Shown here: positions 42,077 through 53,405 of the stretch, piece after piece | Numbering within the stretch: the stretch's first letter is position 1 | How the letters are laid out: the number at the start of each line of letters is the position of its first letter | Source of the DNA: Candidatus Marinacidobacterales bacterium | GTDB taxonomy: Bacteria > Acidobacteriota > Vicinamibacteria > Marinacidobacterales > SMYC01 | DNA length: 64,000 nt | Direction of reading: 5' to 3' | NCBI GenBank assembly: GCA_965237955.1 | Contig: OZ250169.1 | Location: forward strand, 2,976,001 to 3,040,000 | Program-made: the position numbers and the translations under genes | Notes under the pieces: model-generated | The model's input: the letters and a program-made list of their open reading frames with translations, nothing else | Told to the model about the DNA's origin: nothing | The model's database searches: none

Positions 42077-42842
42077 TCGGCATGACGTCTCCGTTCGAGT
42101 CATGCCGCCCACGTTACTGCGTCCCAAGCGAGGAACGCGCGACCTCGAAGCTGTCGGTGATGACGCGCTTGCAACAGGTGTCGTCCGACGCGGAAGAGGT
42201 TTTGGACAAGTCCATGAACGGACAAGAATCGCTGGGCTTGACCCGGAGATTTGAACCGTCGCATTTGCCGTTCACGTTGCCGCGTCGGCTCGTGCGAGAC
42301 CTCGGCTCTATTGTTTTGGTACTGGTCGGTGCAGTGGACGACGGATGGCATGACCTCGCGGTGAGCGGCGCTGTAGCTTCTCAGCTTGTCGGTGACGAGC
42401 CGCCAGGGTGGCCGGCCCTGCCCCTTCAGCAGCTTACAAAAGAAGCGTTTAGCGGCTCGCCGATCGCGTCGAGGCTGGACGAGGATATCGATGACGTCGC
42501 CATCTTGGTCCACCGCACGCCAGAGATACTGCCGTTTGACCCTGGATGGTTACAAACACCTCGTCCAGGTGCCACGTATCGCCGAGGCGACCTTGCCGTC
42601 GCTTCAGCCCGCGAGCGTATTCTGGACCGAACTTGATGCACCAAAGTCGGATCGCTTCATACGAGACGGTGATCCCGCGCTGGGCAAGGAGGTCCTCTAC
42701 ATCTCGAAAGCTCAAACAAAAGCGATGGTAGAGCCAAACGGCGTGGCTGATGATCTCCGGTGGAAATCGATATCCGCGGTAGCTCGGCGACTTGCTGTTC
42801 ATTGGCTCATTCTGTCAGTTAGAGGCCCAACTTGACAGTACC
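42077..42842 (-). mobile_element. IS6 family element, frameshifted, right end lost
   Basis: YRGYRFPPEII...WHLDEVF and VTDKLRSY...NNRAEVSH in two frames; left end GGTACTGTCAAGTTG. Confidence 0.88.
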
Positions 42843-43069
42843 TACCGGTCTTGTCGGCCTTCCAGTTCGCGATTGCCTCCTCGTCAAACCAGACTGTCAA
42901 ATCGCCCCGGCGGCGCAGCCCTTCGTTGTATTCCGCCCAGTTGCGAACGTGGTACTTCTTCTGCTTCGCGTGCTTGTACTGGCAGCGCTTGGTATACTTC
43001 ATGCTCGAACATACCTCGGCCACCACCATAGGCGGATTTCGCTCTCAGCCAGAGCGGTGCAACAACGCC
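42843..43069 (-). mobile_element. IS5 family element B, left-end fragment
   Basis: GGCGTTGTTGCAC end plus transposase start, cut by the IS6 end. Confidence 0.85.
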
Positions 43070-43082
43070 GCCCGAAGCGGAG

Positions 43083-43370
43083 ATGATGGACATGATGTGG
43101 ATGATGATGGTGAGCGGGGCAGTCACGATGTTTGCGTTCTGCTACATCTTCACGATAGGTTATCAAGGCAAGGGCATCATGGAAGGCGTGCGCTTCGGTA
43201 CGATTGTCGCGTTTTTGATGGCGGGGCCAATGGCGGTCGATCCTTACGTCATCTATCCGGTCCCGGCCGACGTGGCAACAATTTGGCTCATCAGCGGCTT
43301 GGTTTCGTTTATCGTCGCCGGCGCGCTATTTGCGGCGATTTACAAGCCTGAGACCGCGAGTCAGCAATAA
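43083..43370 (+). CDS. Hypothetical membrane protein (probably 5'-truncated)
   Basis: Three hydrophobic segments; begins 13 bp from the IS end. Confidence 0.55.
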   Translation: MMDMMWMMMVSGAVTMFAFCYIFTIGYQGKGIMEGVRFGTIVAFLMAGPMAVDPYVIYPVPADVATIWLISGLVSFIVAGALFAAIYKPETASQQ

Positions 43371-43461
43371 GGGATTATCGGGTAGGCTTTGACCGAACCG
43401 AAAAGGCAGTCCGGTCACGGGCGCCCGCACACTTGACTCCTCAAACGAAAGGCGGCGGCAA

Positions 43462-44370
43462 ATGAACTCCCATACCTTCCTTACAATCTTCGGAGCGCTG
43501 GCGCTCAGCCTCGTCGCCTGTGCCCCGGCCGACGAAGCAACGCCACCTGCGGAACGTGCGGGCGCAAGCGGGCCGGAAAGCAGGCTTGGAGAAGGCCTCC
43601 TGTTTCACGCGTCCTTCGATCACGGTCCAGACGCGGACTTTGCTCGCGGTGACGACGTCCTCTACACGGCGCCGTCTTACGATGAGCTCGATCGGGCGAG
43701 ACCGGGCATCGGCAATCCGGACGTTACGATCGCGGCCGGTGCGGGTCGTTTCGGCGATGCGCTTCAGTTCGCCAGAAAGAACGTCCACGCTATCTTCTAT
43801 CGCGCCCCGGGAAATACGGCTTACACGACGTCCGAATGGTCCGGAACCATCTCGTTTTGGCTGAGCCTCGATCCCGCGGTCGATCTGGAGCCAGGCTTCT
43901 GCGATCCCATTCAGCTCACCGACTCGGCCTATAACGACGCCGCGATCTGGGTCGACTTCATCGGCGAGAACGCCCGCCAGTTTCGGCTCGGGATCTTCGG
44001 TGACTTGAGCGAGTGGAATCCGGACGAACTCTCTCCCAACGACAATCCGTTTTTCACGGATCGTCTGATCGCGGTCGACGAACCGCCGTTCGAGAGCGGC
44101 CAGTGGACCCACGTAGCCATCACCTTTTCGGGAATCAATACGGCGTCGGGCGGAACGGCAAACCTCTATCTGAACGGCTCTGCCCGGCCCAAGACCATGG
44201 AGGGGCTGAACGAGTCCTTCACTTGGGACGCGTCTCGCGGCGAGGTCCGCCTGGGCATCAACTACGTGGGGCTCTTCGACGAGCTCTCCGTCTTCGGCCG
44301 CTCCTTGAGCGCGGACGAGGTTGGTGAGCTCTATCGGCTGGAGGCGGGCGTTGCTTCACTCCACCCGTAG
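43462..44370 (+). CDS. LamG-like jellyroll lipoprotein
   Basis: LVAC lipobox; GTISFW, WTHVAITF, LYLNG and GLFDELSVFGRSLSADEV motifs. Confidence 0.85.
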   Translation: MNSHTFLTIFGALALSLVACAPADEATPPAERAGASGPESRLGEGLLFHASFDHGPDADFARGDDVLYTAPSYDELDRARPGIGNPDVTIAAGAGRFGDALQFARKNVHAIFYRAPGNTAYTTSEWSGTISFWLSLDPAVDLEPGFCDPIQLTDSAYNDAAIWVDFIGENARQFRLGIFGDLSEWNPDELSPNDNPFFTDRLIAVDEPPFESGQWTHVAITFSGINTASGGTANLYLNGSARPKTMEGLNESFTWDASRGEVRLGINYVGLFDELSVFGRSLSADEVGELYRLEAGVASLHP

Positions 44371-44691
44371 CTCAGTCGGCCGCAATCAAAGTAGTCTACA
44401 ACGCAGGCTTGCGTTCAATCTTGAAGGTGAAAGCATGCTCGCAAGGTTTTTTTTGTCCGGCGTTTTGATCGTAAGGCCGTCTTCAGTCATCGTCCATTCC
44501 AGTTCTTCATCAACACCAAGCATCTTTATGGATTCGATCTCTGATTCATGTAGTCTAAATGCTTCGCCAGGCTTTGCCTTCCATAAACTCGATCCGTGAC
44601 TCTTGGGCTGTCGATCTCGTCACGAGCGAAGGGATCCGGAATGCGTCCGTTGGCACTACGGCTATCGCGCATCGAGGAGGCAGCTCAATAG

Positions 44692-45778
44692 TGCCTTGGT
44701 GCACAACTCGCGATCTCGGTCCACAATTGTCCTGTACTCGCGGATTCGAGGTTTCCCATGAGCATTTTCAAACGCACTCAGCGGAAGTATGTGAAGAAGG
44801 CCTATCGCGTGAGGAATTGGCGTGAATATGAGGCGGGTCTACGCAACCGTGGGAGCCTGACCGTCTGGATCTCGCTCACCGCCGGCAAGCTTGTGAACTG
44901 GGACGCGCCCCGGCCGAGGAGGAGGAAACCGGGCCGTCAACGCAAGTACTCGAACCACGCCATCGAGACGGCTGTCACCCTGGGCATGGTGTTTCATCTG
45001 TCATCTAGGCAGAGCGAGGGATTGCTGCGATCGTTGTTCGCTCTGATGAAGCTAGACAATGATGTGCCCGATCACACCACGATTTCGAGGCACAAGGCGA
45101 AGCTGGGTAAGGTCCCCTTCTACCAAGACAAGCAGAAGACGCCGTTGCACATCTTGATCGACAGCAGCGGTCTCGCTGCCCACGCCGGCCAGCTGCGCAG
45201 AGCACCAAAGAGCAGGGACTATCGCAAGCTCCATCTGTGTGTCGACGAGCAGAGTGGCGAAGTCGTCGCCGGCGAGCTGACGAGCAAAAGAGCCCGCGAT
45301 TCATCGCGGGTTGCATCGCTTGTCGGACAGATCGACAGTCCCATCTCATCGGCCAGAGCTGACACCGCATACGACGCCAGCGGCGTCTATGAGGCGATCG
45401 AGAATCACAGCGCTCATCGCTCGCCGAGGGTGCTGATACCGCCGCGCAAGGGCGCCCAGCTCGCATAGGGGCCGGCGAGCAGCCGACAGCGCAATCGCAA
45501 CATTGCAGCACAAGCTCGGCTCGGCAAACGAAAGTGGCACACAGAATCGGGCTACAGCAAACGGAGCAAAGTCGAGACAACGTTCCATCGCTACAAGGCT
45601 ATCGTGGGCTCAGCGATGCGAGCGAGAGGGTTGGCGGCACAGAGAGTCGAGGCAAGGATCGGGTGCAAGATTCTCAACACCATGACGGCGCTCGGGATGC
45701 CTGATAGCGAGATGATCGGATGATGGGAGTCGGGGCCAAGCGAGCTCTCGGCCTCTATCGGAGTTGTGCACCAAGGCA
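44692..45778 (+). mobile_element. IS5 family element A, copy 3 (nonsense mutation)
   Basis: 1087 bp, same TIRs; TCG to TAG at 45466-45468. Confidence 0.9.
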
Positions 45779-46636
45779 GTACCCCGGCCACTTCTCGAGC
45801 GCTTTCGTCAGCCCCTTGTGGCCATCGCTAATCACTAGCTTGGGAGCCCGGAGTCCTTGAGCCTGGAGTCCCTCCAGCATGGAGCCCCAATGCGTCGAGG
45901 CTTCGCTCACCGCCAGACGCAATGACAACAGACGTTTCTGCCCGTCTGGCGTGACCCCGAGCGCGGCCAGTACGGGTACGCTGATCACACGCTTCGCCAT
46001 CCGCACTTTCAGGTGGAAGCCGTCCAGGTAAACGATCGCGTAGACCTCCTCGCTGAGAGCACGGTTCTGCCATTCCTCGAAGCGCTCCTTCAGCCGACTA
46101 ACCACGCGAGACACCGCGCTCTTCGATAGGTGCTCCTCACCGAGCAGTGGTTTCAGCGCTTTGCGGATCCGGCGGCTATTCGCGCCCGACAAGTACGTCC
46201 CCAAGATCGCCTCGTCGACCTCACGAGTCCGGCGCGCGTACCGGGGCAACAGCTCGCTCCTGAACTCTGTCGTTTCTCCCGTTTCCTCGTCTCGCACGCG
46301 GGCTCGTGGCACTCGGAGCTCGCGAGTTCCCACCGATGTCGTCACGCGACGGGTTTCGGCTCCGTTGCGATACCCACGGCGGTCTTCCGCACGCTCGTAG
46401 CTACGACACCCCAGCGCTTGGTCGACTTCTTCCTCGAGCACGACCTCGATCGCCTCCAGTACCCGCTTACGCAGCCGAAGTTGGACGAACTCCCGGTACT
46501 CGCTTACAGACTCCTTCGATATGGTGGTAGGCTTCTTCATGGCGTAATCCTCCTCCTCGCCTTTACAGGCGTGGTTTGGTTTTTCTTAACCGGAGGTTAC
46601 GCCATTCTTATTTCCACGGGAATCGGGACAGATCCC
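45779..46636 (-). mobile_element. IS256 family element, 3'-truncated
   Basis: GYRNG, LRVPRAR, YLDG and VISDGHKGL motifs (ORF starts at 46540); left end GGGATCTGTC; cut by IS5. Confidence 0.88.
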
Positions 46637-46798
46637 GACCGGGCCAAGGGCCGTGGGCTTTACAATCGTCTTGGGCGGGCGGGTCGTCACCATGCAGATG
46701 ACCACCTAGTCGAGAGCGAATATCGAAGCGTGTTCCTGAAGCGGTTTCCACGCTACGCCGGTCGAGCCCGCCGAGGGGCTACCGTCGCCGGCGACAAT

Positions 46799-47823
46799 CT
46801 ACGCGGCACGGCAGTAGTAGTTGAGAATGCCCCCAAGTCGCTCTCGCGACACGATGGGGCCAGCGTCATTCGCGCTTGCCGGCAGAGGTGTGAGGAGCTC
46901 GTTGCCGAGACCTTGGTGGTTCCGTTCTGTGTGATAGTGCACTACGTATTCGGTTACCGCTGTGCGCAGGTGTCGCTCACTGAGAGGTACGAAGCGGTCG
47001 AGACACTCTCGACGTATGGAGAGAACGAATCTTTCCGCATATGCGTTCAGATTCGGACTATTAGCGGGAAGGCGAAGGGGCTTCACGCCTGAATCTCTCA
47101 ACAGCCCACGTACCGCCTCGGTGAATAGCGGGTCCCGGTCGTGGATGAGGTATCGCTTGCCAAGGAGGAAACCATCCCACATGTCAGTGAGGTTTCTTGC
47201 CACCTGCTTCATCCACTCCCCGTTGGGGTCCGACGTTATCCCACCGATGCACACGCAGCGAGTGGCGATATCGATGACAAACAGGACATGGTAGCGGACG
47301 AGGCCGAACGGGTTCACAACCTCGACGGTGAACAGGTCTGTCGCAGCGATGGCGCCCCAATGAGCCTTGATGAAGGTGCTCCACGACATGCTCCTGCCCC
47401 GCTCCGGCGCAGGAGCGATACCGTGCTCGGCGAGGAGCCTCTTGATAGTGTTGCGTCCGAGTTCATGTCCTAGGTTCTTGAGTGCGCCTCGCAGGCGCGT
47501 ATATCCCCACGTCGGGTTCTCCCGCGCCACGCGCACAATGAGCTCACGGATGTCCTTCGCCGTCGGAGGTCGGCCTGGACTCCGGTTCTTGCTGCCATCG
47601 TACTTGGCTGCGATGAGGTGGCGGTACCAGCGCAGAAGCGTAGCGGGTGTGGCAACGGACGCAATCTGGGCCAGCGCCTCGCGGCCCAAAGCCTGGGCCT
47701 TGACGGCGAGCCTGCGCCGGTCGTCGTCAGAGAGCCTGAGACGCTTGCCCCGAAGCCCGGCTCGGAGCACACGGTTCTCCTCTTGCAGGTAGTCGATCAC
47801 ATCCTGCTGCTGGCGGTTGACCC
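46799..47823 (-). pseudogene. rve-type DDE integrase/transposase, nearly complete, N-terminus removed by an R1 MITE
   Basis: [34 protein letters not shown] and [13 protein letters not shown] motifs. Confidence 0.9.
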
Positions 47824-48140
47824 CGTCCTGTGCCAAAACTCGGCCCTTTTGAAAGACCATGGCTGTAATTTAATGCACTGTAAAGTCTTAGTGTCATTTT
47901 GCCAACACTTAATGGCGGAAGCACCCATGAGGTCTGTGTGAGCGGCAGGGCTGCCCGATCGAACAACGGCTGCCTGACCAACAGTAGGAATTGCACATGG
48001 TACGTCATGATGGATCCGAAGATAACACCCTCGGGCCAGACGATTGTAAAGGCCACGGCCCTTGGTACCATCGCAAAACACAGACGCTAAGCTGCTGATT
48101 TATCGGCTATTTCAAGAGGGCCGAGTTTTGGCACAGGACG
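47824..48140. mobile_element. R1 MITE, copy 2 (inverted relative to 5485-5802)
   Basis: Reverse complement of 5485-5802 with scattered substitutions. Confidence 0.85.
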
Positions 48141-48150
48141 GGGTCAGGCG

Positions 48151-48843
48151 TTAGCTTTGGAGGCGGTGGATGCGCTCCAAGTAGGTCGTCGAAACCTGAT
48201 CTTCGTCGAGCCCGAGACAACGGGCAAATTGCCTGGTGAAATTGCGCAAATAGACCGCGGCCGGGAGGCGATCGAGTCTCTCGTTCTCGATATATTCGAG
48301 CATGGAGCAGCCGATTTTCGTTTCTTTAGAGATGGTTGCCAACTCGAGTCCCATCGCCTGTCGCGCCGCCTTAAGAAACGCTCCAGTCGCTTCTGCGGAC
48401 GTCTCGAGTTGTAGCGGGCACTCGCGCACGGAACTCTCCGAGCCCGCCGCTTTCTCGGGCGTCTCGACATCGTCGGCGGAGACGTGCTCCCGCTCAGCGT
48501 GGGCCTCGGACGGAGCGACGTCGCCATTCGTGGACGTCGCCTCGACGTTGTCGGCGGTGGCGAACCTCGACCCTTGCTCCCGGCGCACGACCGGTTCCGG
48601 AACCCCGAGCCTCTTATCGTAGAGACGGCGGCTTTCTTCAGCAATGAGCATCTGATACGCCTCCGAGATCCGGTGGAACGTGCGACGGCGCTCGCGGTCC
48701 GACAGAATCAAGCTGGAAACGAGCGCTTCGTGAGAGTAGATGTCGCGGGCCGTCTCGAAGGCCGACTGGATCTCTTCGGAGCTCGCGTCGTACGAAACCT
48801 CGAGAACTTGATAATGGTCTTGCTCGCTGAGCCGTCTTAGCAT
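48151..48843 (-). CDS. J-domain-like plus helix-turn-helix (RodZ-type HTH) protein
   Basis: DHYQVLEVSYDASSEEI...AYQML; GAFLKAARQAMGL...IENERLDRLP. Confidence 0.75.
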   Translation of the reverse strand: MLRRLSEQDHYQVLEVSYDASSEEIQSAFETARDIYSHEALVSSLILSDRERRRTFHRISEAYQMLIAEESRRLYDKRLGVPEPVVRREQGSRFATADNVEATSTNGDVAPSEAHAEREHVSADDVETPEKAAGSESSVRECPLQLETSAEATGAFLKAARQAMGLELATISKETKIGCSMLEYIENERLDRLPAAVYLRNFTRQFARCLGLDEDQVSTTYLERIHRLQS

Positions 48844-49937
48844 CAACTTCGTCTCTCCGTGCGCGCTAAAGTGGGTGGCCCGAACATCAAAGCCTGTGCC
48901 ACACGCTCGAGGGAGCTTCCTGCTGCGGATTCGGGAAAGTCGAGCATGAAAGGTCTGCGTTTGCGGGTCGCCTTCCAAACGCTCTCGTCGAAGCGCACCG
49001 AGCCGATGGCGTCGATAGCGATTCCGAGATGGCGACGGCAGACGCTGGCCATCGACGCGCCGAGACCCTCGTCCTCGGGGTAGCGGACCTGATTGATCAG
49101 AAGCCGCGGCCGAAACGAGAAGGCTTGCTCCTTGAGATAGCGTCCGGTAGCACTGTCGCGACGCTCCACAGCGTCGAGAAGATCGATGGGCGTGCGGATG
49201 CCGTCGCGATTCTTTTGGTCCATCGCTTGCTCAACTACTTTGCGCACCGGGCTCGACTTCAAAGCGCGCCACAGATGACGGTAAAAACTCATTTTCAGGA
49301 AGCGGTAGGCGTTCTCGATCGAGCTCGGCTCGGGGATCGCGACGAGGAGCCCTTGCTCCGCAATGAGAAAGAAGTCGACGATGTTGAACGAGATCCCAGC
49401 ACCGATGTCGAGCAAGACGAAATCGGCGTCCACGGCAGCGATACAGGACAAGAGTCGGGTTTTCTGACCATATTTCAGATTCGACGCGGCGAGATGGTCG
49501 TGTGCGCCGCTGATGAGTCCGAGGTTCTTGACGCCAGTCTCGAGAATCACGTCGTCAATCGACTCGACGCGCCGACTGATGAAATCGCTCAGCGTGAGCG
49601 ACGGTGTGGACAAGCCCAAGCAAGTATGGAGATTCGCTCCGCCGAGGTCGGCATCGATAACCACCACTTTCTTGCCGTGCCGTGCAAGGGAGATCCCGAC
49701 GCTGCTCGTAATGATGCTCTTGCCAACGCCGCCTTTGCCGCCGCCAACCGCAATGATACGGCCTTTGCTAGGCTGCGCCTTCTTGCGCGCTGTCGCCGCA
49801 ACGACCGGATGCACCACTGGCGCAGGAGAGGATTCGGCAAAGGGCGCGACCGCGCTAGCGGCTTTGAGCTCTGGGTGCGCGCCCCACGAGCCAGTTGGGT
49901 CTGAAGCCGAGAGAGACTGTTTCGGATCCGAGTCCAC
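48843..49937 (-). CDS. MinD/FlhG-like P-loop ATPase
   Basis: GGGKGGVGKS, IDADLGGANL and LLDIGAG motifs. Confidence 0.88.
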   Translation of the reverse strand: MDSDPKQSLSASDPTGSWGAHPELKAASAVAPFAESSPAPVVHPVVAATARKKAQPSKGRIIAVGGGKGGVGKSIITSSVGISLARHGKKVVVIDADLGGANLHTCLGLSTPSLTLSDFISRRVESIDDVILETGVKNLGLISGAHDHLAASNLKYGQKTRLLSCIAAVDADFVLLDIGAGISFNIVDFFLIAEQGLLVAIPEPSSIENAYRFLKMSFYRHLWRALKSSPVRKVVEQAMDQKNRDGIRTPIDLLDAVERRDSATGRYLKEQAFSFRPRLLINQVRYPEDEGLGASMASVCRRHLGIAIDAIGSVRFDESVWKATRKRRPFMLDFPESAAGSSLERVAQALMFGPPTLARTERRS

Positions 49938-50049
49938 GGTACGTCCCCCTTTTTAATAAGTTGAACGATCTAAGGATACCGGCAGGACTACCAAACAAGA
50001 ATCTAAGACAGAAATTAAGGGTCCACAAGAATAAGTCGTTAGTAATAAG

Positions 50050-50721
50050 GGGTCTACGCGAATTCGTGTGGGTAAGTCCTGACGGAAAACAGTGTAACTC
50101 ATTGTGTGGAAAAGGTATCGAGTACTTCATCAGGTGCTGAAAAGTGGTCCATTTTTAAGATAGGCTAACCGAGTGAAAAATTCCCAGTCGATCCGCTCGC
50201 TGTTTGCGCTGCCAGGTTTCTTGGCTGGTGCCGGATTGAAGGGTGTATTCGATGACCGATACGCCCGCATCATCCAGCTCAAGAGGCGAAAAAAACAGCT
50301 GTGTGCTCTTACTGTGGGCAACGGTGCCGGGGGCGCTATGACAAGCAAGTGTGCCGGGTCCGCGACCTGTCGTTGGCAGGCTGGCGGATCTATCTGGAAT
50401 ACGAGCGTTGGCGCGTCAACTGTCCTGGGTGCGGCGGTTTGCAGGTAGAACACCTGGACTGGCTGGCGAACAACTCGCGCTACACCCAGCGTTTTGCGAC
50501 GCATGTGGGCAAGCTGTGCCGGGATATGCCGGACAAGGCGGCGGCCGAGATGGAACGTCTGCGCCTCCTAGTTGAAGGGGTCAACAACAAAATCCGTGTG
50601 CTGCAACGACGCGCCTACGGCTATCGCGACGAGGAATATCTCAAGCTGAAGATCGTGGCGGCATTCCTTCCGCCATTACCCAGAAATGCCGTCTTCAACC
50701 CACACGAATCCGCGTAGACCC
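50050..50721 (+). mobile_element. Internally deleted ISL3 family element with 8-bp TSD
   Basis: TIR GGGTCTACGCGRATTCGTGTGGG; TSD GTAATAAG on both sides; zinc-finger N-terminus joined to EGVNNKIRVLQRRAYGYRD. Confidence 0.9.
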
Positions 50722-51297
50722 GTAATAAGGATAGTAGCGAACGCGCCCGAACCGTGTCAAGTGGTCTAGCATTCGGCGTTCAAGTTCACGCTCCGAATCC
50801 TACGGTGCTGAACTTTCGCTCGGACCGATTCGGCACGGCGCAAAGTGCTGGTTGCTGAATGCTTACGACTGAACGCTGATCTACTGTACGCGCATCGGCG
50901 AGCCCAGCGACACGATAGCAGGGATTGGGACCCCGTCCTGTGCCAAAACTCGGCCCTCTTGAAATAGACCACAAATCAGCAGCTTAGACGCCCTTGGAAT
51001 CCGCCAACCCTTAGGCTGCGTGGCGAGCTACGGGCAGTGAACTTCGCACCCGGAAGTCCCTCATTAGACGGTGCTTCCGCAATCAAGTGTTGGTGGCTGC
51101 CGCGTAACTCGCTCGTGTGCTAGAGTTTGAGCCTGATTTCGAGAGACGCAGTTCTTTCGGCGATGCGGGCTGGGCTGACCACACGGTGCCTGACGTTCAG
51201 GGACACCTTCGTGCGCACGCCGACATCCTTAAATTAATGGCGTTCGCCGACACAGGCAGGCCAGCTGACACTAGCATTCAAACACGGGGCGTAGCAA

Positions 51298-51774
51298 CAT
51301 ATCTGGACTCCTCTAGTCAAGCCCCTTTCTTAATAAATCTTCCATCGAAGCTGCGCATCCATCGCGTCGTGACGAGTGGGTCAGACTGCAAACGTATCTT
51401 CGGCCTCAGTGAGGAGCGTCTTGGGTGCTCCGGGCCATGATGGAAAATCCGCGCGCGAGGAGCCAATCACTTTGAACGACCTCTCTTAGGGCTAGTGTTG
51501 CTATCGGCTTGACCCCGCGCCGGTCCGACCGGTACGCCATCAGTTGGATGGGTATCGTCGCAGCCTCTTTTGGAAGGGAAAAAGGAAAACACGAAAGTGG
51601 AGCCTCTAAGTCTAAGCGGCCATCGGCGACTGGAATTCACTCTCGCGGGTGGAGACGGCCCAGACGATCCGGGCGAGTTTGTTGGCGACAGCAATCACGG
51701 CCTTGTTGTGTCCCCGCGAGCGGTGGACCTTCCGAGCCCAGGCGCGGAGCTTGTCGGGCGGGCTCTTACTGACG
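51298..51774 (-). mobile_element. Partial tandem copy of the IS1111-type 3' end
   Basis: Duplicates the non-coding end and the last approximately 55 codons. Confidence 0.85.
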
Positions 51775-52084
51775 TATCTGGACTCCTCTAGTCAAGCCCC
51801 TTTCTTAATAAATCTTCCATCGAAGCTGCGCATCCATCGCGTCGTGACGAGTGGGTCAGACTGCAAACGTATCTTCGGCCTCAGTGAGGAGCGTCTTGGG
51901 TGCTCCGGGCCATGATGGAAAATCCGCGCGCGAGGAGCCAATCACTTTGAACGACCTCTTAGGGCCAGTGTTGCTATCGGCTTGACCCCGCGCCGGTCCG
52001 ACCGGTACGCCATCAGTTGGATGGGTATCGTCGCAGCCTCTTTTGGAAGGGAAAAAGGAAAACACGAAAGTGGAGCCTCTAAGT

Positions 52085-53116
52085 CTAAGCGGCCATCGGC
52101 GACTGGAATTCACTCTCGCGGGTGGAGACGGCCCAGACGATCCGGGCGAGTTTGTTGGCGACAGCAATCACGGCCTTGTTGTGTCCCCGCGAGCGGTGGA
52201 CCTTCCGAGCCCAGGCGCGGAGCTTGTCGGGCGGGCTCTTACTGACGTTCGCCGCGCGGAGCACGGCGCGCCCGCCCTGGGTGAGGAGCATACGGAGGTA
52301 GGAGTCGCCACGCTTGGTGATGCGTCCGAGGCGGCGAATGTCGCCACTGGAGTTTTCCTTGGGAACTAGGCCGAGGTAGCTCGAGAAGCGGCGCCCCGAT
52401 GGGAAGCGGCGAAGATCGCCGACGAAGCCCACGATGGCGGTCGCGGTCAGAAGTCCGATGCCGGGAATGGCGAGAAGTCGTTGGACTTCAGGAAGCTGCT
52501 TGGTGAGCGCCTTGAGCTCGTGCTCGATGCCAGCGCACTTGTCCTTGAGTTCTCGAATCTCGGAGCAGGCATCACGGAGATGCGAACGGAGCACGTCGGG
52601 CAAATCAGAATCAGCGTCTTCGACGAGTTCGAAGAGGGCGGGCACGACGAAGTGAGCGCCCTTTGGGATGATGAATCCGAGTTCGCGCAGGATCCCGCGT
52701 ACGGCATTGATGCGTGCGGTCCGTGTGGAGAGCCATCCTGAGCGCAGGCGATGGAGCGCGGCGAGGCTGTGCTGGTGCACGGACTTAATGGGCACGGGAA
52801 GAATCTCCTCGTTCCTGTAGGCCTCGAGCAACGCTTTGGCGTCGGCGCGGTCGTTCTTGCTCCCGCGTCGATAGGGCCTCACGAGGTGAGGTGGGAGCAG
52901 GACGACGTCGTGTCCCAACCTTCGGAACGTCCTTGCCCAGAAGTGAGCAGAGCCGCAGGCTTCGAGAAGCACGGTGGCAGCGCTCTGTTTGGCAAAAAAC
53001 GACACCAACTTGGGTCGACTCACACGGAGTTGCTTGGACACCTTCCCCGCTTCTCCCGAGATGGCAATCTCGAAGACGTTCTTTGCAAGATCCACAGCGA
53101 TCGTCGTATCTTTCAT
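52085..53116 (-). CDS. IS110 family recombinase, copy 2 (element 51775-53199)
   Basis: Protein identical to 34814-35845. Confidence 0.95.
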   Translation of the reverse strand: MKDTTIAVDLAKNVFEIAISGEAGKVSKQLRVSRPKLVSFFAKQSAATVLLEACGSAHFWARTFRRLGHDVVLLPPHLVRPYRRGSKNDRADAKALLEAYRNEEILPVPIKSVHQHSLAALHRLRSGWLSTRTARINAVRGILRELGFIIPKGAHFVVPALFELVEDADSDLPDVLRSHLRDACSEIRELKDKCAGIEHELKALTKQLPEVQRLLAIPGIGLLTATAIVGFVGDLRRFPSGRRFSSYLGLVPKENSSGDIRRLGRITKRGDSYLRMLLTQGGRAVLRAANVSKSPPDKLRAWARKVHRSRGHNKAVIAVANKLARIVWAVSTRESEFQSPMAA

Positions 53117-53405
53117 TCGGACTCCTCCTTTTCGATGCGTATTCGACTGACTTTGGCACATCGATGCCGTCTATGTCAGCGGAGGAGTCCATTCCATCAC
53201 TTGATGGCGGAAGCACCTCCCGGACTCGACGACGACCTCCTCGGCCATGGTACAGTATCGACGCTGGCGCCGCCTGGTGATCCCAGGCTGGACACATGGT
53301 TGGCGCTTTACGCTCGGACATTGTTCGCGGACGAGATCGCAGAGTGTGTGGCTTTCTGGACAGCATGCGAGACCTGCAACAGACTCTCTGGTAGCCGTGG
53401 CTGTT

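Larger units (their letters stand above)
51070..53217. mobile_element. R4 MITE carrying IS1111-type element(s) inside its right TIR
   Basis: Left TIR GGTGCTTCCGCAATCAAGTGTTG. Right TIR split as GCAA-CA / IS / CA-CTTGATGGCGGAAGCACC. Confidence 0.8.
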
